From: an uncultured Armatimonadia bacterium
Lineage (GTDB): Bacteria; Armatimonadota; Zipacnadia; CAVVLO01
DNA: 64,000 nucleotides
Direction of reading: 5' to 3'
Assembly (NCBI GenBank): GCA_963749155.1
Contig: CAVVLO010000002.1
Coordinates: 1,555,708 to 1,619,707, forward strand
This document shows, piece by piece, positions 50,976 through 61,373 of the stretch (positions are counted from its first letter, which is position 1; every line of letters starts with the position of its first letter). Position numbers and translations under genes: made by a program. The notes below the pieces were generated by a model. The model had not been told where the DNA came from, ran no database searches, and worked only from the letters and a program-made list of their open reading frames with translations.

Positions 50976-51530
50976 TCAAGGCTTTTTCAAATCAGCCTGG
51001 GCCTTCTCGCGATATTTTACATAATCCCAGAAGGACTGACGCATCCGCCACCGGCCCCGGTACCAGGGCAGGTGGCCTTTGAGCAAGCAGAGCTGCTTGA
51101 TGGCCTGGCTTGGCGGTATACCCTCGACTTCGTAAAGCCAGAGGGCAGCTAGCAGGCCCGAGCGATCAGAACCTCCCTTGCAGCAAACGAGGGCAGGCTT
51201 GGGCATCGAGCGCAGCAGCTCAAGATATTCGGCAAGACGCTCCGGCGGTTCGTACCGGGAGGCCCGCAAATTAACACTATGAAACTCCAGGCCCAATTCG
51301 GCAGCTTGAGCCTCGGCCTGACCATTGGCGCCTCGAAGCCGGAGCAAAGATCGAAGGCCATATTTTCCTGCATAGCGCTTAGCCAGGGCTGGGCGCAACT
51401 CGGACGACCTGTATAACACCCCTGGCACCACAACGTGGAAATTGCCCTGGATCCGTTGATAGAAACGGAACAGGTAGGCGATGATGATTGGGCCAACCAC
51501 AAGTGCGGCTGGCAGCAAGAGCCAATACAA
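50976..51530 (-). CDS. Membrane-anchored Cys-based phosphatase 3
   Basis: NFHVV..LYRS, CCKGGSDRSG. Confidence 0.85.
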   Translation of the reverse strand: MYWLLLPAALVVGPIIIAYLFRFYQRIQGNFHVVVPGVLYRSSELRPALAKRYAGKYGLRSLLRLRGANGQAEAQAAELGLEFHSVNLRASRYEPPERLAEYLELLRSMPKPALVCCKGGSDRSGLLAALWLYEVEGIPPSQAIKQLCLLKGHLPWYRGRWRMRQSFWDYVKYREKAQADLKKP

Positions 51531-51616
51531 AGAGAGTCTCCTTTATTGGGGAGATTGATCTCTCTAGAGGGTACTGTCAGCCCTGCTATCCGTCAACTGC
51601 GGTTATCTGGGCAAAA

Positions 51617-51646
51617 TTGACCTGCCCTTCTGGCCCCGGCTATAAT
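51617..51646 (+). promoter_or_regulatory. Sigma70 promoter for lysS
   Basis: TTGACC-18 bp-TATAAT. Confidence 0.7.
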
Positions 51647-51683
51647 CGGACTCCTACCGTGAAGCGTTCCCAGGAGGGGCAAG

Positions 51684-53150
51684 ATGGAGCAAGACCAGTT
51701 CCAGCAGAGGCTAGAAAAGCTTTCGTTGCTGCGCGAGCAGGGGCGCGATCCGTATGCCGTGCGCAAGGTCCTGACGACTTGCACGGCGGCGGAAGTTGAC
51801 AGTCGCTTCGAGGAGCTGGAGGGCACCAAACAACAGCTTGCTGGTCGCCTGATGGCAAAGCGCATCCATGGCAAGGCTGTCTTCGTTGACTTGCGCGATG
51901 GCACAGGGCAGGTACAGCTCTTCTTGCGCATTGACCTGATGGGCGAGGAGGCCTTCAACGACTTTATCGACATAACCGATGTCGGCGACTGGATCTGGAT
52001 TGAAGGCGTCATCTTCCTGACCAGGCGGGGCCAGCGCTCGGTCGAAGTCACCAGCTTCCAGCTCATCTCGAAAGGCCTGCGCCCGCTGCCCGAGAAGTGG
52101 CATGGCCTGTCGGATGTCGAGCAACGCTACCGCCAGCGCTATCTCGACCTGGTAGCCAATCCCGAGGTGAAGGAAGTCTTCCTCAAGCGCAGCAGGCTCA
52201 TTCTGGCAATGCGTCAGGAGTTCGCAGCCAGAGGCTTCCTGGAAGTCGAGACGCCCATCCTGCAGCCCATCTATGGAGGCGCAGCGGCCAAGCCTTTCTT
52301 AACGCATCATAACGCGCTGGATTGCGATCTTTACCTGCGCATCGCGCCGGAGCTTTACCTCAAACGTCTGCTGGTAGGCGGCTTTGACAAAGTGTTCGAG
52401 CTCAACCGCAACTTCCGCAACGAGGGCATCTCGCCCAAGCATAATCCGGAGTTCACGATGGTCGAGTGCTATCAGGCCTATGCGGATTATCACGATATGA
52501 TGAACCTGACCGAGCAGCTCCTCTACGCGTCCTTGATGGCGATAGATGGCAATCTGGAGATCAGCTATCTCGACCACCAACTCAACTTTACACCCCCTTT
52601 CCGCAGGCTCAAGCTGGTTGAAGCCATCCAGGAAGCGACTGGAGTGGACATCCTGGAAATCGAGACCGACGCTGACGCCGCGCGTGTGGTTAAGGAGAAA
52701 GGATTAGACCTTACCGCCAAGCCGACGCCCGCCAGCGTCATAGATGCCCTGTTCGATGAACATGTCCAGCCCGGGCTGCAGCAACCAACCTTCGTCATTG
52801 ACTATCCGGCAGTCATCTCGCCCCTTGCCAAGCGCAAGGCGGACGACCCCAGGCTGACCGAGCGGTTTGAGCTTTTTGTGGCGGGGATGGAACTTGCCAA
52901 CGCTTTCAGCGAGCTTAACGACCCTCTCGACCAGCGAGCCCGGTTCGAGGCCCAGATGGCTGACTACGCCGCCGGGGATGAAGAAGCGCATCAACTGGAC
53001 GAGGATTTCTTGCGCGCTCTGGAGGTCGGGATGCCCCCGGCCGGCGGGCTGGGTATCGGCATCGATCGCCTGGTGATGATCGTGACCGACCAGCGCAACC
53101 TGCGCGATGTTATCCTATTCCCAACGCTGAAGCCGAAGCCGGTCGAGTAG
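51684..53150 (+). CDS. lysS: Lysine--tRNA ligase, class II
   Basis: YRQRYLDL, GGAAAKPF, LRIAPELYLK, FRNEG, GIGIDRL. Confidence 0.98.
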   Translation: MEQDQFQQRLEKLSLLREQGRDPYAVRKVLTTCTAAEVDSRFEELEGTKQQLAGRLMAKRIHGKAVFVDLRDGTGQVQLFLRIDLMGEEAFNDFIDITDVGDWIWIEGVIFLTRRGQRSVEVTSFQLISKGLRPLPEKWHGLSDVEQRYRQRYLDLVANPEVKEVFLKRSRLILAMRQEFAARGFLEVETPILQPIYGGAAAKPFLTHHNALDCDLYLRIAPELYLKRLLVGGFDKVFELNRNFRNEGISPKHNPEFTMVECYQAYADYHDMMNLTEQLLYASLMAIDGNLEISYLDHQLNFTPPFRRLKLVEAIQEATGVDILEIETDADAARVVKEKGLDLTAKPTPASVIDALFDEHVQPGLQQPTFVIDYPAVISPLAKRKADDPRLTERFELFVAGMELANAFSELNDPLDQRARFEAQMADYAAGDEEAHQLDEDFLRALEVGMPPAGGLGIGIDRLVMIVTDQRNLRDVILFPTLKPKPVE

Positions 53151-53298
53151 GCCATCCAGTTTTCGAAGTTCACCTGGCGAGGGGGTGGGGGTAATACCCC
53201 CATGTCTTTCTGCTCTGGCTTTGGTCTTCCCGACCTGTTTGCAACGGGTTGTATTTCGGTCACAGGGCAAGAACCGTCCGAAGGAGAGCCTTCAAGCC

Positions 53299-54111
53299 GT
53301 GGTGGAGCTACTTTTCAAAGCTGGCGAGCAGTCTTTCGACTGGTGGCTGACCTGTGGCCGCAAGGTGAAGCAGGAGCGCCGCGACCTGGCCAAAACTTTG
53401 GCGGAGCGCTTCGGATTCGAGTATCTCCCCCGGCGCGAGAGGCCACTTGCAGAATTGCTGCAGCTTTCCCACGAACGCACTGTGCTGGTGATGGAGGGCG
53501 ACGAGTTATACGCTCTCACGCGCGGCACCCGGTACGCCTTCCACCCGAATATGGCCAGGCTCCGCATCGCCAACCTGCGTCGCGGCGCGCCTGATAAACT
53601 GATCGAAGCGCTTAAGCTCGAGCCAGGCGGCAGCGTGCTGGACGCCACGATGGGCCTGGGCGGCGAGGCGATCGTCTGTTCCTCAGTGGCTGGCCCGACG
53701 GGTCGCATCGTCGCTATCGAGCAGGTGCCAGAGATAGCCTTCGTCAACGCCTGGGGCCTGCAGACCTTCGTCGCCCAACTGCCCGCGCTCAATGAGGCGA
53801 TGCCGCGCGTCGAAGTCTGGTGCGGAGACCATCTCCACTGGCTGCCGCAGGTGGAAACGGGCGCTTTCGAGGCTGTCTATTTTGATCCCTTCTTTGACCG
53901 CGGCCTAAAAGGTTCCCAGCAATTGGAGCCACTGCGCGCTCTGGCGGGAGAAGGTGGGCTGCGAGCTGAAGCATTGACCGAGGCGCGTCGCGTCGCAAGC
54001 CGCCTGGTAGTCGTGAAGTTTCGCAAGGGCTCGGAGCTGGCCGACCTGCCTTACGATGAACTCGTCGGGGGCAAAGGCTCAAAAGTCGCCTACGGGGTGT
54101 TCGCGAGTTGA
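53299..54111 (+). CDS. SAM-dependent methyltransferase, RsmJ-like; start uncertain
   Basis: LDATMGLG, VYFDPFF, ARRVA..VVVK. Confidence 0.8.
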   Translation: MVELLFKAGEQSFDWWLTCGRKVKQERRDLAKTLAERFGFEYLPRRERPLAELLQLSHERTVLVMEGDELYALTRGTRYAFHPNMARLRIANLRRGAPDKLIEALKLEPGGSVLDATMGLGGEAIVCSSVAGPTGRIVAIEQVPEIAFVNAWGLQTFVAQLPALNEAMPRVEVWCGDHLHWLPQVETGAFEAVYFDPFFDRGLKGSQQLEPLRALAGEGGLRAEALTEARRVASRLVVVKFRKGSELADLPYDELVGGKGSKVAYGVFAS

Positions 54112-55058
54112 GTTATTTCTACTTGCTGTCAGGCACCGTGCCCGAACAGGAACTGGCTCTGGCAGAAGCCCGGGCGCTGATTACGACCGCCACCAGGCAA
54201 GATGGGCAGGTCATACTCGCCTCCGATTTTCACGAAATCGAGCACAGTGCCTATGTGCGCCTGGCAGCGGAATACTGGCTTTCCACCCCGACGGTAGAAG
54301 AGCTGTTGCAGCTCGTGCCTGGCCTGGACATCGAGGTCGAGGAATTCGCAATCGAAGTCCATCGCCGGCCTCGTCACGGGGTCCAGCAGTTCGACTCTCA
54401 GGCCTTATGCGCTGAGCTTGCGCGCCTCGTCAAGGGTTATCCAAATCTGGACAATCCGAAAACGCGCCTTGGGGTCGTGGTTACGCCGTCCCAGGTATAT
54501 TTTGGAAAAATCGTCGACTACTGCAACTATGGTTTCCGCAAGCAGGATGAGAAGCCGTGTATGTACAGCGGCGCTTTGCCCGGCCAGATGGCTCGCGCGG
54601 TCGTTAATCTTGTTGCGCTGCCCGGCCAGCGGGTGCACGACTTCTGCTGTGGCAGCGGCACGCTGGTAATCGAGGCGCTCGAGCTTGGCGCCAAAGCGAC
54701 TGGCTCGGATATAAGCTGGAAGAACGCCCGCTCCGCCAGCGAGAACGTCGAATGGTATGGTTATTCGCCAGAATTGATATCCACAGCCAACGCCTTCGAG
54801 CTGGAGCTTACCGCCGACGTGGTGCTGGGTAATCTCCCTTATGGCCGGGCGCTGCAGATCAGCGAGGAGGAGCTGCGCCAGTTCGCGCGCGCGGCGATGA
54901 GGATCGCGCCCAGGGCCTTGCTGGTCACCGCCCAGCCTCTGGCGCCCTTGCTGGCAGGCGAACCGATGCGAATCAGGACCTTGGCCCGGGTTGCCTGTAG
55001 CGGGTTCTACCGTCATTTTGAGTTATTGGAGCGCGTATCTTCGGCCGATGAGAGTTGA
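54108..55058 (+). CDS. RNA methyltransferase (UPF0020/Trm11-like)
   Basis: DFCCGSGT, GSDI, NLPYG. Confidence 0.78.
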   Translation: MSYFYLLSGTVPEQELALAEARALITTATRQDGQVILASDFHEIEHSAYVRLAAEYWLSTPTVEELLQLVPGLDIEVEEFAIEVHRRPRHGVQQFDSQALCAELARLVKGYPNLDNPKTRLGVVVTPSQVYFGKIVDYCNYGFRKQDEKPCMYSGALPGQMARAVVNLVALPGQRVHDFCCGSGTLVIEALELGAKATGSDISWKNARSASENVEWYGYSPELISTANAFELELTADVVLGNLPYGRALQISEEELRQFARAAMRIAPRALLVTAQPLAPLLAGEPMRIRTLARVACSGFYRHFELLERVSSADES

Positions 55059-56082
55059 CGAATTCGATTATCACCTGCCCCAGGAGCTGATCGCTCAGTA
55101 TCCGGCTGAGCCGCGCGACTCCTCGCGCCTGCTGGTTATCCACAGGGCCAGCGGAGAGCTGGAACATCGGCACTTTTCCGACCTGCCCGAGTATCTGCGC
55201 GCCGGCGATTGCCTGGCTCTCAACGACACGAAGGTCGTGCCTGCGCGACTTCTGGGAGTGAAACTGCCAACCGGCGCCCGCACCGAAGTGATGCTGGTGC
55301 GTCCTGTGGCTGAAGGTCGCTGGGAAGCTCTAATCAAGCGCAACGACCGCGTGAAACAAGGCGCAATAATCGAGTTTGGGGGCGGCCTGCTTAGAGCGAG
55401 GGTACTCTCCGAGACGCTGACACATCATCTGAGACTAGTGCAGCTTGAACACGAAGGCCCCCTGGCCGAGGCGCTTGAGGCCGTTGGGCACATCCCCCTG
55501 CCTCCCTACATCAAGCGCGAAGAGGACGACCCGCGCGACCGCGAGCGTTATCAGACCGTCTTCGCGCGCCAGCCAGGCGCAGTAGCGGCGCCGACCGCCT
55601 CGCTGCACTTCACGCCGGAACTACTTGAGAGTCTGCGGCGTCAAGGGATTGGCGAGGCCCACACGACCCTTCACGTGAGCCTGGGCACTTTTCAGCCTGT
55701 GCAGGTGGACGAAGTAGAACAGCATCAGGTGCATCCCGAGTGGTACACCGTAAGCCCCGAGGCGGCCGAGAAGTTGAACGCCGCGCGAGCCGCTGGTGGC
55801 CGGCTGATCGGGGTGGGCACGACGGTGGCCCGCACACTGGAGACCGTAAGCAGTTCGGGCCGGATTGAGCCAGGCTCGGGCGACACGACGCTATTCTGTT
55901 ATCCAGGTTTCGATTTCAAGGTACTGGATGCTCTGGTGACGAATTTCCACTTGCCCCGCAGCAGCCTGCTGATGCTGGTCGCGGCCTTCGCGGGGCTTGA
56001 TTTGATGCGCCACGCCTACGCCGTTGCCGTGGAGGAGGGCTATCGCTTCTACAGTTATGGAGATGCGATGCTGATTATCTGA
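55048..56082 (+). CDS. queA: SAM:tRNA ribosyltransferase-isomerase
   Basis: FDYHLPQELIAQ, PLPPYI, AAPTA.LHF, TNFHLP, YRFYSYGD. Confidence 0.97.
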   Translation: MRVDEFDYHLPQELIAQYPAEPRDSSRLLVIHRASGELEHRHFSDLPEYLRAGDCLALNDTKVVPARLLGVKLPTGARTEVMLVRPVAEGRWEALIKRNDRVKQGAIIEFGGGLLRARVLSETLTHHLRLVQLEHEGPLAEALEAVGHIPLPPYIKREEDDPRDRERYQTVFARQPGAVAAPTASLHFTPELLESLRRQGIGEAHTTLHVSLGTFQPVQVDEVEQHQVHPEWYTVSPEAAEKLNAARAAGGRLIGVGTTVARTLETVSSSGRIEPGSGDTTLFCYPGFDFKVLDALVTNFHLPRSSLLMLVAAFAGLDLMRHAYAVAVEEGYRFYSYGDAMLII

Positions 56083-58635
56083 TGAGCAACCTTCGACCGC
56101 TTCTAGTTGCCCTTATGCTGGTTTGCGCTACTGCGGCCTCTCCCTTGCCGACACTGAAAACACTGACAGTGCTGGCGCCCAGCAGCTTTGCTCAAACGCT
56201 TACCTCTGACCAGATCGCCCTTTTTTACGAAGAGCAGGCCCAGCTTGCGGTCTTCTACGAGGAGGCGCTTGGAGGCAAGCTGGCTTTTTCCGGAACCCTT
56301 CTTCAACTGCCGACTGGACTTGGTCCCTACGCCTTTACTCGCGTCACAGACAAAACTGTGCATTTGCTGCCCGAAGATCTGGCCCCGCTGCTTGGCGCCT
56401 TTGGCGTGAAGCCGCAGGACTACGGCCAGGTGAGTTGCTATTGGGCGATGAGCTACACCAATCCGCTTGGGCTCCAGCCAGCCTTCGGCGCGGGGGCGCA
56501 ACCGCCAGGGCCAGAGACAAAAGCTCTCGGCGAGGTGGCCTTCCTCTCGGAGCCTATCTTCTGCTGGGACGAGCAGCAGATAAGCCTGCTGGCAATCCAC
56601 GAGTGGATGCACCTCTTCGACGCCTGGCTAGCTGACCAGCCCGAGGTGGTTTTCCCAAGCCCCGATGATGAAGCCACCGAGTTGGCCGCGATGAAGACCT
56701 CAGGCGTCCAGTTGCCCGCGGGTATGACCTGGCAGCAGGCCCAGCAGCTTGCGGATGAGACTCTGGCTGGCCGGGGCCGTATCCCCTGGGCGCTGCAAGC
56801 ACTTTATTACAAGTGGGCGCTTGAGCGCGTCCCGGCCGAGGCCTGGGGCAAGCTGAAGGCCGCTATAGAAGCTCCTCCATCGCCCCTGAGGCCGCTCTTC
56901 TCTCGCTATCTGCTGCCCGAAGGCGCCGAGTGTATCCTCGCTTGCCTGCTGGACGAGCAGGCGGCGCCCGGTGGGTCGGTCGTTGCCCTGGCAGGGGCCG
57001 AGGAATTGCCTCTCCAGCGCGTGACGCGACCGGAAGTCGACTTTGGAGAGACGAGCGACGAGGCGACATACTTCCTGCTGCGCCTGCCTGCGACAACCGC
57101 CGATGCGCTGACCGAGCTAACTCTGGTCGCGCGGGATGCAAGCGGGGGAGAAGTCGCCCGAGCCCCGATTGCCCTAAATCATTATCAGGTGGCCTGGGTA
57201 GAAGGGCCTGAGGAAGCCTGGGCCTTCCCTGACCTCGAGCAACCTGCCCAGTTGGAAGTGGGGCTTGGTTCGACTGCTTCCCTCACCGGCGAAGTGAAAT
57301 TGCAACTCGAAGTCGCGGGCAAGAAGCTCCCCCTGACCTCGCTCTACGAAGGACTTTACCGCACCGAGCTGCCGCTGCTGGCGCAGGGCGAATATATCGG
57401 CACGGTAAGCGGGACGCTGGCCGGCAAGCCTGTGCTGCCAAAGCGCGTGGCCTATCATGTTACTCCCGCTTATGGAATCCAGACGCCCGCTCTCCTCGGC
57501 CTGGAGGTTGGCAAAGCGGGCTTCCTTCCGATTAGACCCTACTGTGTGGCTGGCCCAACCGGCAAAGTCACGCTTACCGCGAGCCTGGCCAGGCTGGACC
57601 TTCCCCTGGAGCTTACCGAGGGTGACCTGGGAGTGACCTGGGCCGCTCTGCCTGGCGATCTGCCAGCGGGGATGTACCTGGTCGAAGCTAGCCGCCAACT
57701 TCGAAAGCGCCCATAAGCAAGTGACCCAGACCGCTCAGGTACATATCGCGCTTAAGGGGCGGCTAGAAGCTTCAATTGAAGCCAGGCCCGAGGGCGATTT
57801 CGTCTGTGCAAAAGTGCTAAACGAGGCTGGAGAACCCCTCCCCCCTGGGCTGGTGACCTCGCTTTGGGCTTATGTAGACGGGAAAAACTACGATCTGAAG
57901 CCCGAAGAAGGCAAAGACTACCTTAGCGCCGCTCTCCCGCTGCCAGTGGGGGCCTCGAAGGTGGCGGTTTTCAGAGGGGGAGCGAACGTGCGGGCCGCCT
58001 GGCTAGAGGCTCCAGGACGCGGTCTGAGTGGCGCCGCGCCTCTGGTGTGGCCCACGCTGGTTTGTGGCCCCCGGGGGGAGGAACCTGCCTCGCCCTGGAT
58101 TGTGACTGGCGAGACCAGACTGCGACTGGCCTATGATGACAAAGCCCTTTATCTAACTGGCGAATCGCGTGACGCCCATCTGATCGAGGGCGATCAAGTG
58201 GTGCTGGCGCTGGATTTGGCTTCGGATTCGTTCAGACAGAGCTACCCTTCAGAGCAACCTGCGCGAGAGCAACTTCAGCCGGACGACGTGGTCGTAGTGC
58301 TTAACCTGGCCGCGCCGGCAGGTCAGAACACTCCCGAGCTGATGACGCGCGCCGCCTGGGCCGCAGTGCCTGGAGCCACGCTTGTCGTGACCCCGACCGC
58401 GACAGGTTGTGAGTTCGAGGCGCGCCTTCCGCTTGGCCCAGTGATGGGAGGGCCTGTGCCGGCAGGCTTCGTTTGCCAGGCAGCCCTGGGGCGCAACGAT
58501 GCCACGCCCGGCGCCCCGACGCAGCACAAATTTGCGGCGCTGCTGCCCTGGGACTATGTCTCCGAGCGTTCCTTCCAGCTTTGGAAAAATCTGCCCCTGC
58601 TTTTTATGCCAGGAGGCCTCGATGCGACTAATTGA
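56082..58635 (+). CDS. Secreted multidomain protein with HEXXH and C-terminal CBM9/DOMON-like region; apparent frameshift near 57690
   Basis: Signal peptide; IHEWMH; 'RLAYDDKALYL...D..EGD.V'; removing one base joins the two ORFs. Confidence 0.55.
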
Positions 58636-59395
58636 CACCCATGCTCATCTGACAGACAAGCAGTTTCGCTCTGACCTGCCCGAGACGCTGGCCAGGGCGC
58701 AAGAGGCGGGCGTTGAAAGGATTATCACCGTTGGCTATGACCTGCCCAGCAGCCAGGCTGCCGTGGAGCTTGCCAGGCAGGAGCCGATGATCTGGGCGAC
58801 TGTGGGCGTCCACCCCCACGATGCCGACAAGGTAGATGAGGCCGTCCTGGCCGAACTGGGCCAGCTTGCGGGCCAACCGAAGGTCGTGGCAATCGGCGAG
58901 ATTGGCCTCGACTTCTATCGAGACCTTTCGCCGCGTGAGGTACAGCGAGAAGTCTTCCGTAAACAGCTCGAGCTGGCGGTCGAGGTTGGCCTCCCCGTCA
59001 GCCTGCACGACCGCAACGCTACCGATGAGGTGCTGGCGATTCTGGAGGAATACTCCGGGCGCCTTGCAGGAGTTGCCCACTGCTTCTCGGGCAATGCCAA
59101 ACAGGCCCGAAAGTATCTTGCGCTGGGCTTCTATCTCGGCGTGGATGGCCCAGTGACCTACCCGAAGAACGACCCCCTCCGGCAGGTGCTGGCCAGTGCG
59201 CCGGCGAACCGGTTGCTCGTGGAAACCGACTGTCCCTATTTGCCGCCTCAGGAGCTCCGGGGCAAGCGCAACGAGCCAGCTTATGTTGCGCTAGTCCTTG
59301 CAGCCCTTGCCGAAGCGCTGGGGCTTCCCGCTGGCGAGCTTGCCGAAGGGACGACCCGCAACGCAGAGGAGTTGTTCGGTGTCTTACAGAACTGA
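58622..59395 (+). CDS. tatD: TatD-family hydrolase
   Basis: DTHAHL, GVHPH, IGEIGLD, HCFSG, ETDCPY. Confidence 0.93.
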   Translation: MRLIDTHAHLTDKQFRSDLPETLARAQEAGVERIITVGYDLPSSQAAVELARQEPMIWATVGVHPHDADKVDEAVLAELGQLAGQPKVVAIGEIGLDFYRDLSPREVQREVFRKQLELAVEVGLPVSLHDRNATDEVLAILEEYSGRLAGVAHCFSGNAKQARKYLALGFYLGVDGPVTYPKNDPLRQVLASAPANRLLVETDCPYLPPQELRGKRNEPAYVALVLAALAEALGLPAGELAEGTTRNAEELFGVLQN

Positions 59396-59417
59396 CGTTT
59401 TTTAACTGGAGGCTAAA

Positions 59418-60397
59418 ATGACAACTCGTATTCTGATGATACTGGCGCTGCTGTTCGTATCACTGGTTCCGGTGCTGGCGCAAGAGACGGCTCCCACCGA
59501 GGGTGTGGATCAGCCCGTTATCGCGCTTGACCAGTGGCTGGCGTATGACCAGACTCTTCCCCTGAACCCTGAACTGACTCCGCTCAGCGAGACGACTTCT
59601 TACACTGCTTACAACCTGCAATATGACAGCGCCCACGACCAGCGCGTACCGGCGGTCTACGTGTTGCCGAAGGGTGGCACTCCGCCCTATCCGGCAGTCG
59701 TTTTCTTGCATGGTTACGGCGGCAACAAGCTGGACGTGCTGGATTTCGCCACCTTTGCAGCTCCTCTTGGTTACGCGGCTATCTCGATAGATGCCGAATA
59801 TCACGGAGATCGCAAGCGCGAGGGCATCGACCTTTACGGCCCTATGCCCTACACAGCGCGCGATGGGATGATCCAGACCGTAATTGACCTCTGCCGGGCT
59901 GTAGATTATCTGGAAACCGTGCCCGCAGAGATTGACGCGCGTCGGATTGGTTACGGCGGGGGCAGCATGGGAGGCATCCTCGGCTGTGTTTTTACCGCAG
60001 TGGACAAGCGCATCCGCACCGCGACCTTGTGGGTTGCCGGCGCCGACTGGGCCCTGATGGCCAAGACCAGCCAGATAAGCGCGGGCAAGGAACTGCGTCA
60101 GACTGATCTCGACCTCGACCTGATGGGAAAGATCCTGGCCCCAGTTGATCCAATGTACTGGGTGGACAAGATCTCGCCGAGGCCCGTGCTCTTCCTGAAT
60201 GGCGACCAGGACGTCATCGTGCCGGTGCGAGACCAGACAAATTGCTGCACAGCCTGGCGAAAGAGCCCTTCAAGGTCGTCTGGTACAACTCCGGGCACGG
60301 CCTGCCTATGGAGCAAGCGGTACCGGAAACCCTGATGTGGCTGGAAACCTGGCTCAAGCCCCTCCCGCCCGAGCCAGCAGAGGGTGAAGGCGAGTGA
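59418..60397 (+). CDS. Secreted alpha/beta hydrolase 1; apparent frameshift near 60232
   Basis: HGYGG, GGSMGG, NGDQD; the His-containing tail WYNSGH is in a shifted frame ending TGA 60397. Confidence 0.82.
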
Positions 60398-61353
60398 AGC
60401 AAGGCCTGCCCTTTATGGCTCTAGCTTCAGGCTTGCTGCTGCTTCTTGCTGGAGCCGCGCTTGCCCAGCCCCCTGCGCCGCCGGAACTCGCACTTGACCA
60501 GTGGCTTGCCTATGACCAGCAACTGCCTCTGGACGCCTCGCGGACCTTGATATCGGAAGAAGGCGACCTGATTAGCTGGCGAGTGGAGTTCTCAACCGCC
60601 CATAACAAGCGCGTGCCGGCCTTGTTGATCGAGCCCAAGGGCGCCCTCGGGCCGCTGCCGGTCCTCGTGTTTATGCACGGCCACGGCGGCCAGAAAGAAG
60701 ACCTGTTGCCTCTGGCGCCGGCGCTTGTGCCCTTCGGTTATGCTCTGCTGGCTTTCGATGCCGAATACCACGGAGAGCGCCAGCGAGAGGGCTTCAACGT
60801 ATACAGTGCCAACGTGTATGCCTCGCGCGATGCGCTCATCCAGACCGTGATTGATGCCAGGCGCTGTATTGATTGGCTGGACTCGCAACCTGAAGAGTTC
60901 GATGCCGCGCGCACCGGGCTGCTCGGAGGCAGTATGGGGGGCATCCTGGGCGCGGTCGTCGCAGGGGTAGACAAACGGGTAGAGGCCGCGGCCCTTGTTT
61001 CTGCGGGAGCGGACTGGACCGAGATGCTTCGACTGAATAATTCGGGCGCCAGTCTCGAGGTAAAACAAGCCGGCCTTGAGCCCGAAGTCTTCGGCGCGGC
61101 GCTCAGGCCAGTCGATCCGCTTTACTGGGTGATGGAAATCTCTCCCCGGCCCGTGCTGATGCTAAATGGCAACCAGGACACTATCGTCGCCGTGCCGACC
61201 TGCCAATTGCTCCACGACCTGGCGGAAGAACCGAAAAAAGTCGTCTGGTACGATTCGGGCCATTCGCTGCCCCTGCCCCAGGCCTTTGCTGAGATCGTAG
61301 CCTGGTTCGGCGCGTGGCTGAAGCCAGCCTCTGAAGCGCCACCGGAGGGTTAG
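60394..61353 (+). CDS. Secreted alpha/beta hydrolase 2
   Basis: HGHGG, GGSMGG, NGNQD, WYDSGH. Confidence 0.88.
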   Translation: MKQGLPFMALASGLLLLLAGAALAQPPAPPELALDQWLAYDQQLPLDASRTLISEEGDLISWRVEFSTAHNKRVPALLIEPKGALGPLPVLVFMHGHGGQKEDLLPLAPALVPFGYALLAFDAEYHGERQREGFNVYSANVYASRDALIQTVIDARRCIDWLDSQPEEFDAARTGLLGGSMGGILGAVVAGVDKRVEAAALVSAGADWTEMLRLNNSGASLEVKQAGLEPEVFGAALRPVDPLYWVMEISPRPVLMLNGNQDTIVAVPTCQLLHDLAEEPKKVVWYDSGHSLPLPQAFAEIVAWFGAWLKPASEAPPEG

Positions 61354-61373
61354 GGAAAGCTCCCGCTGCGGGT

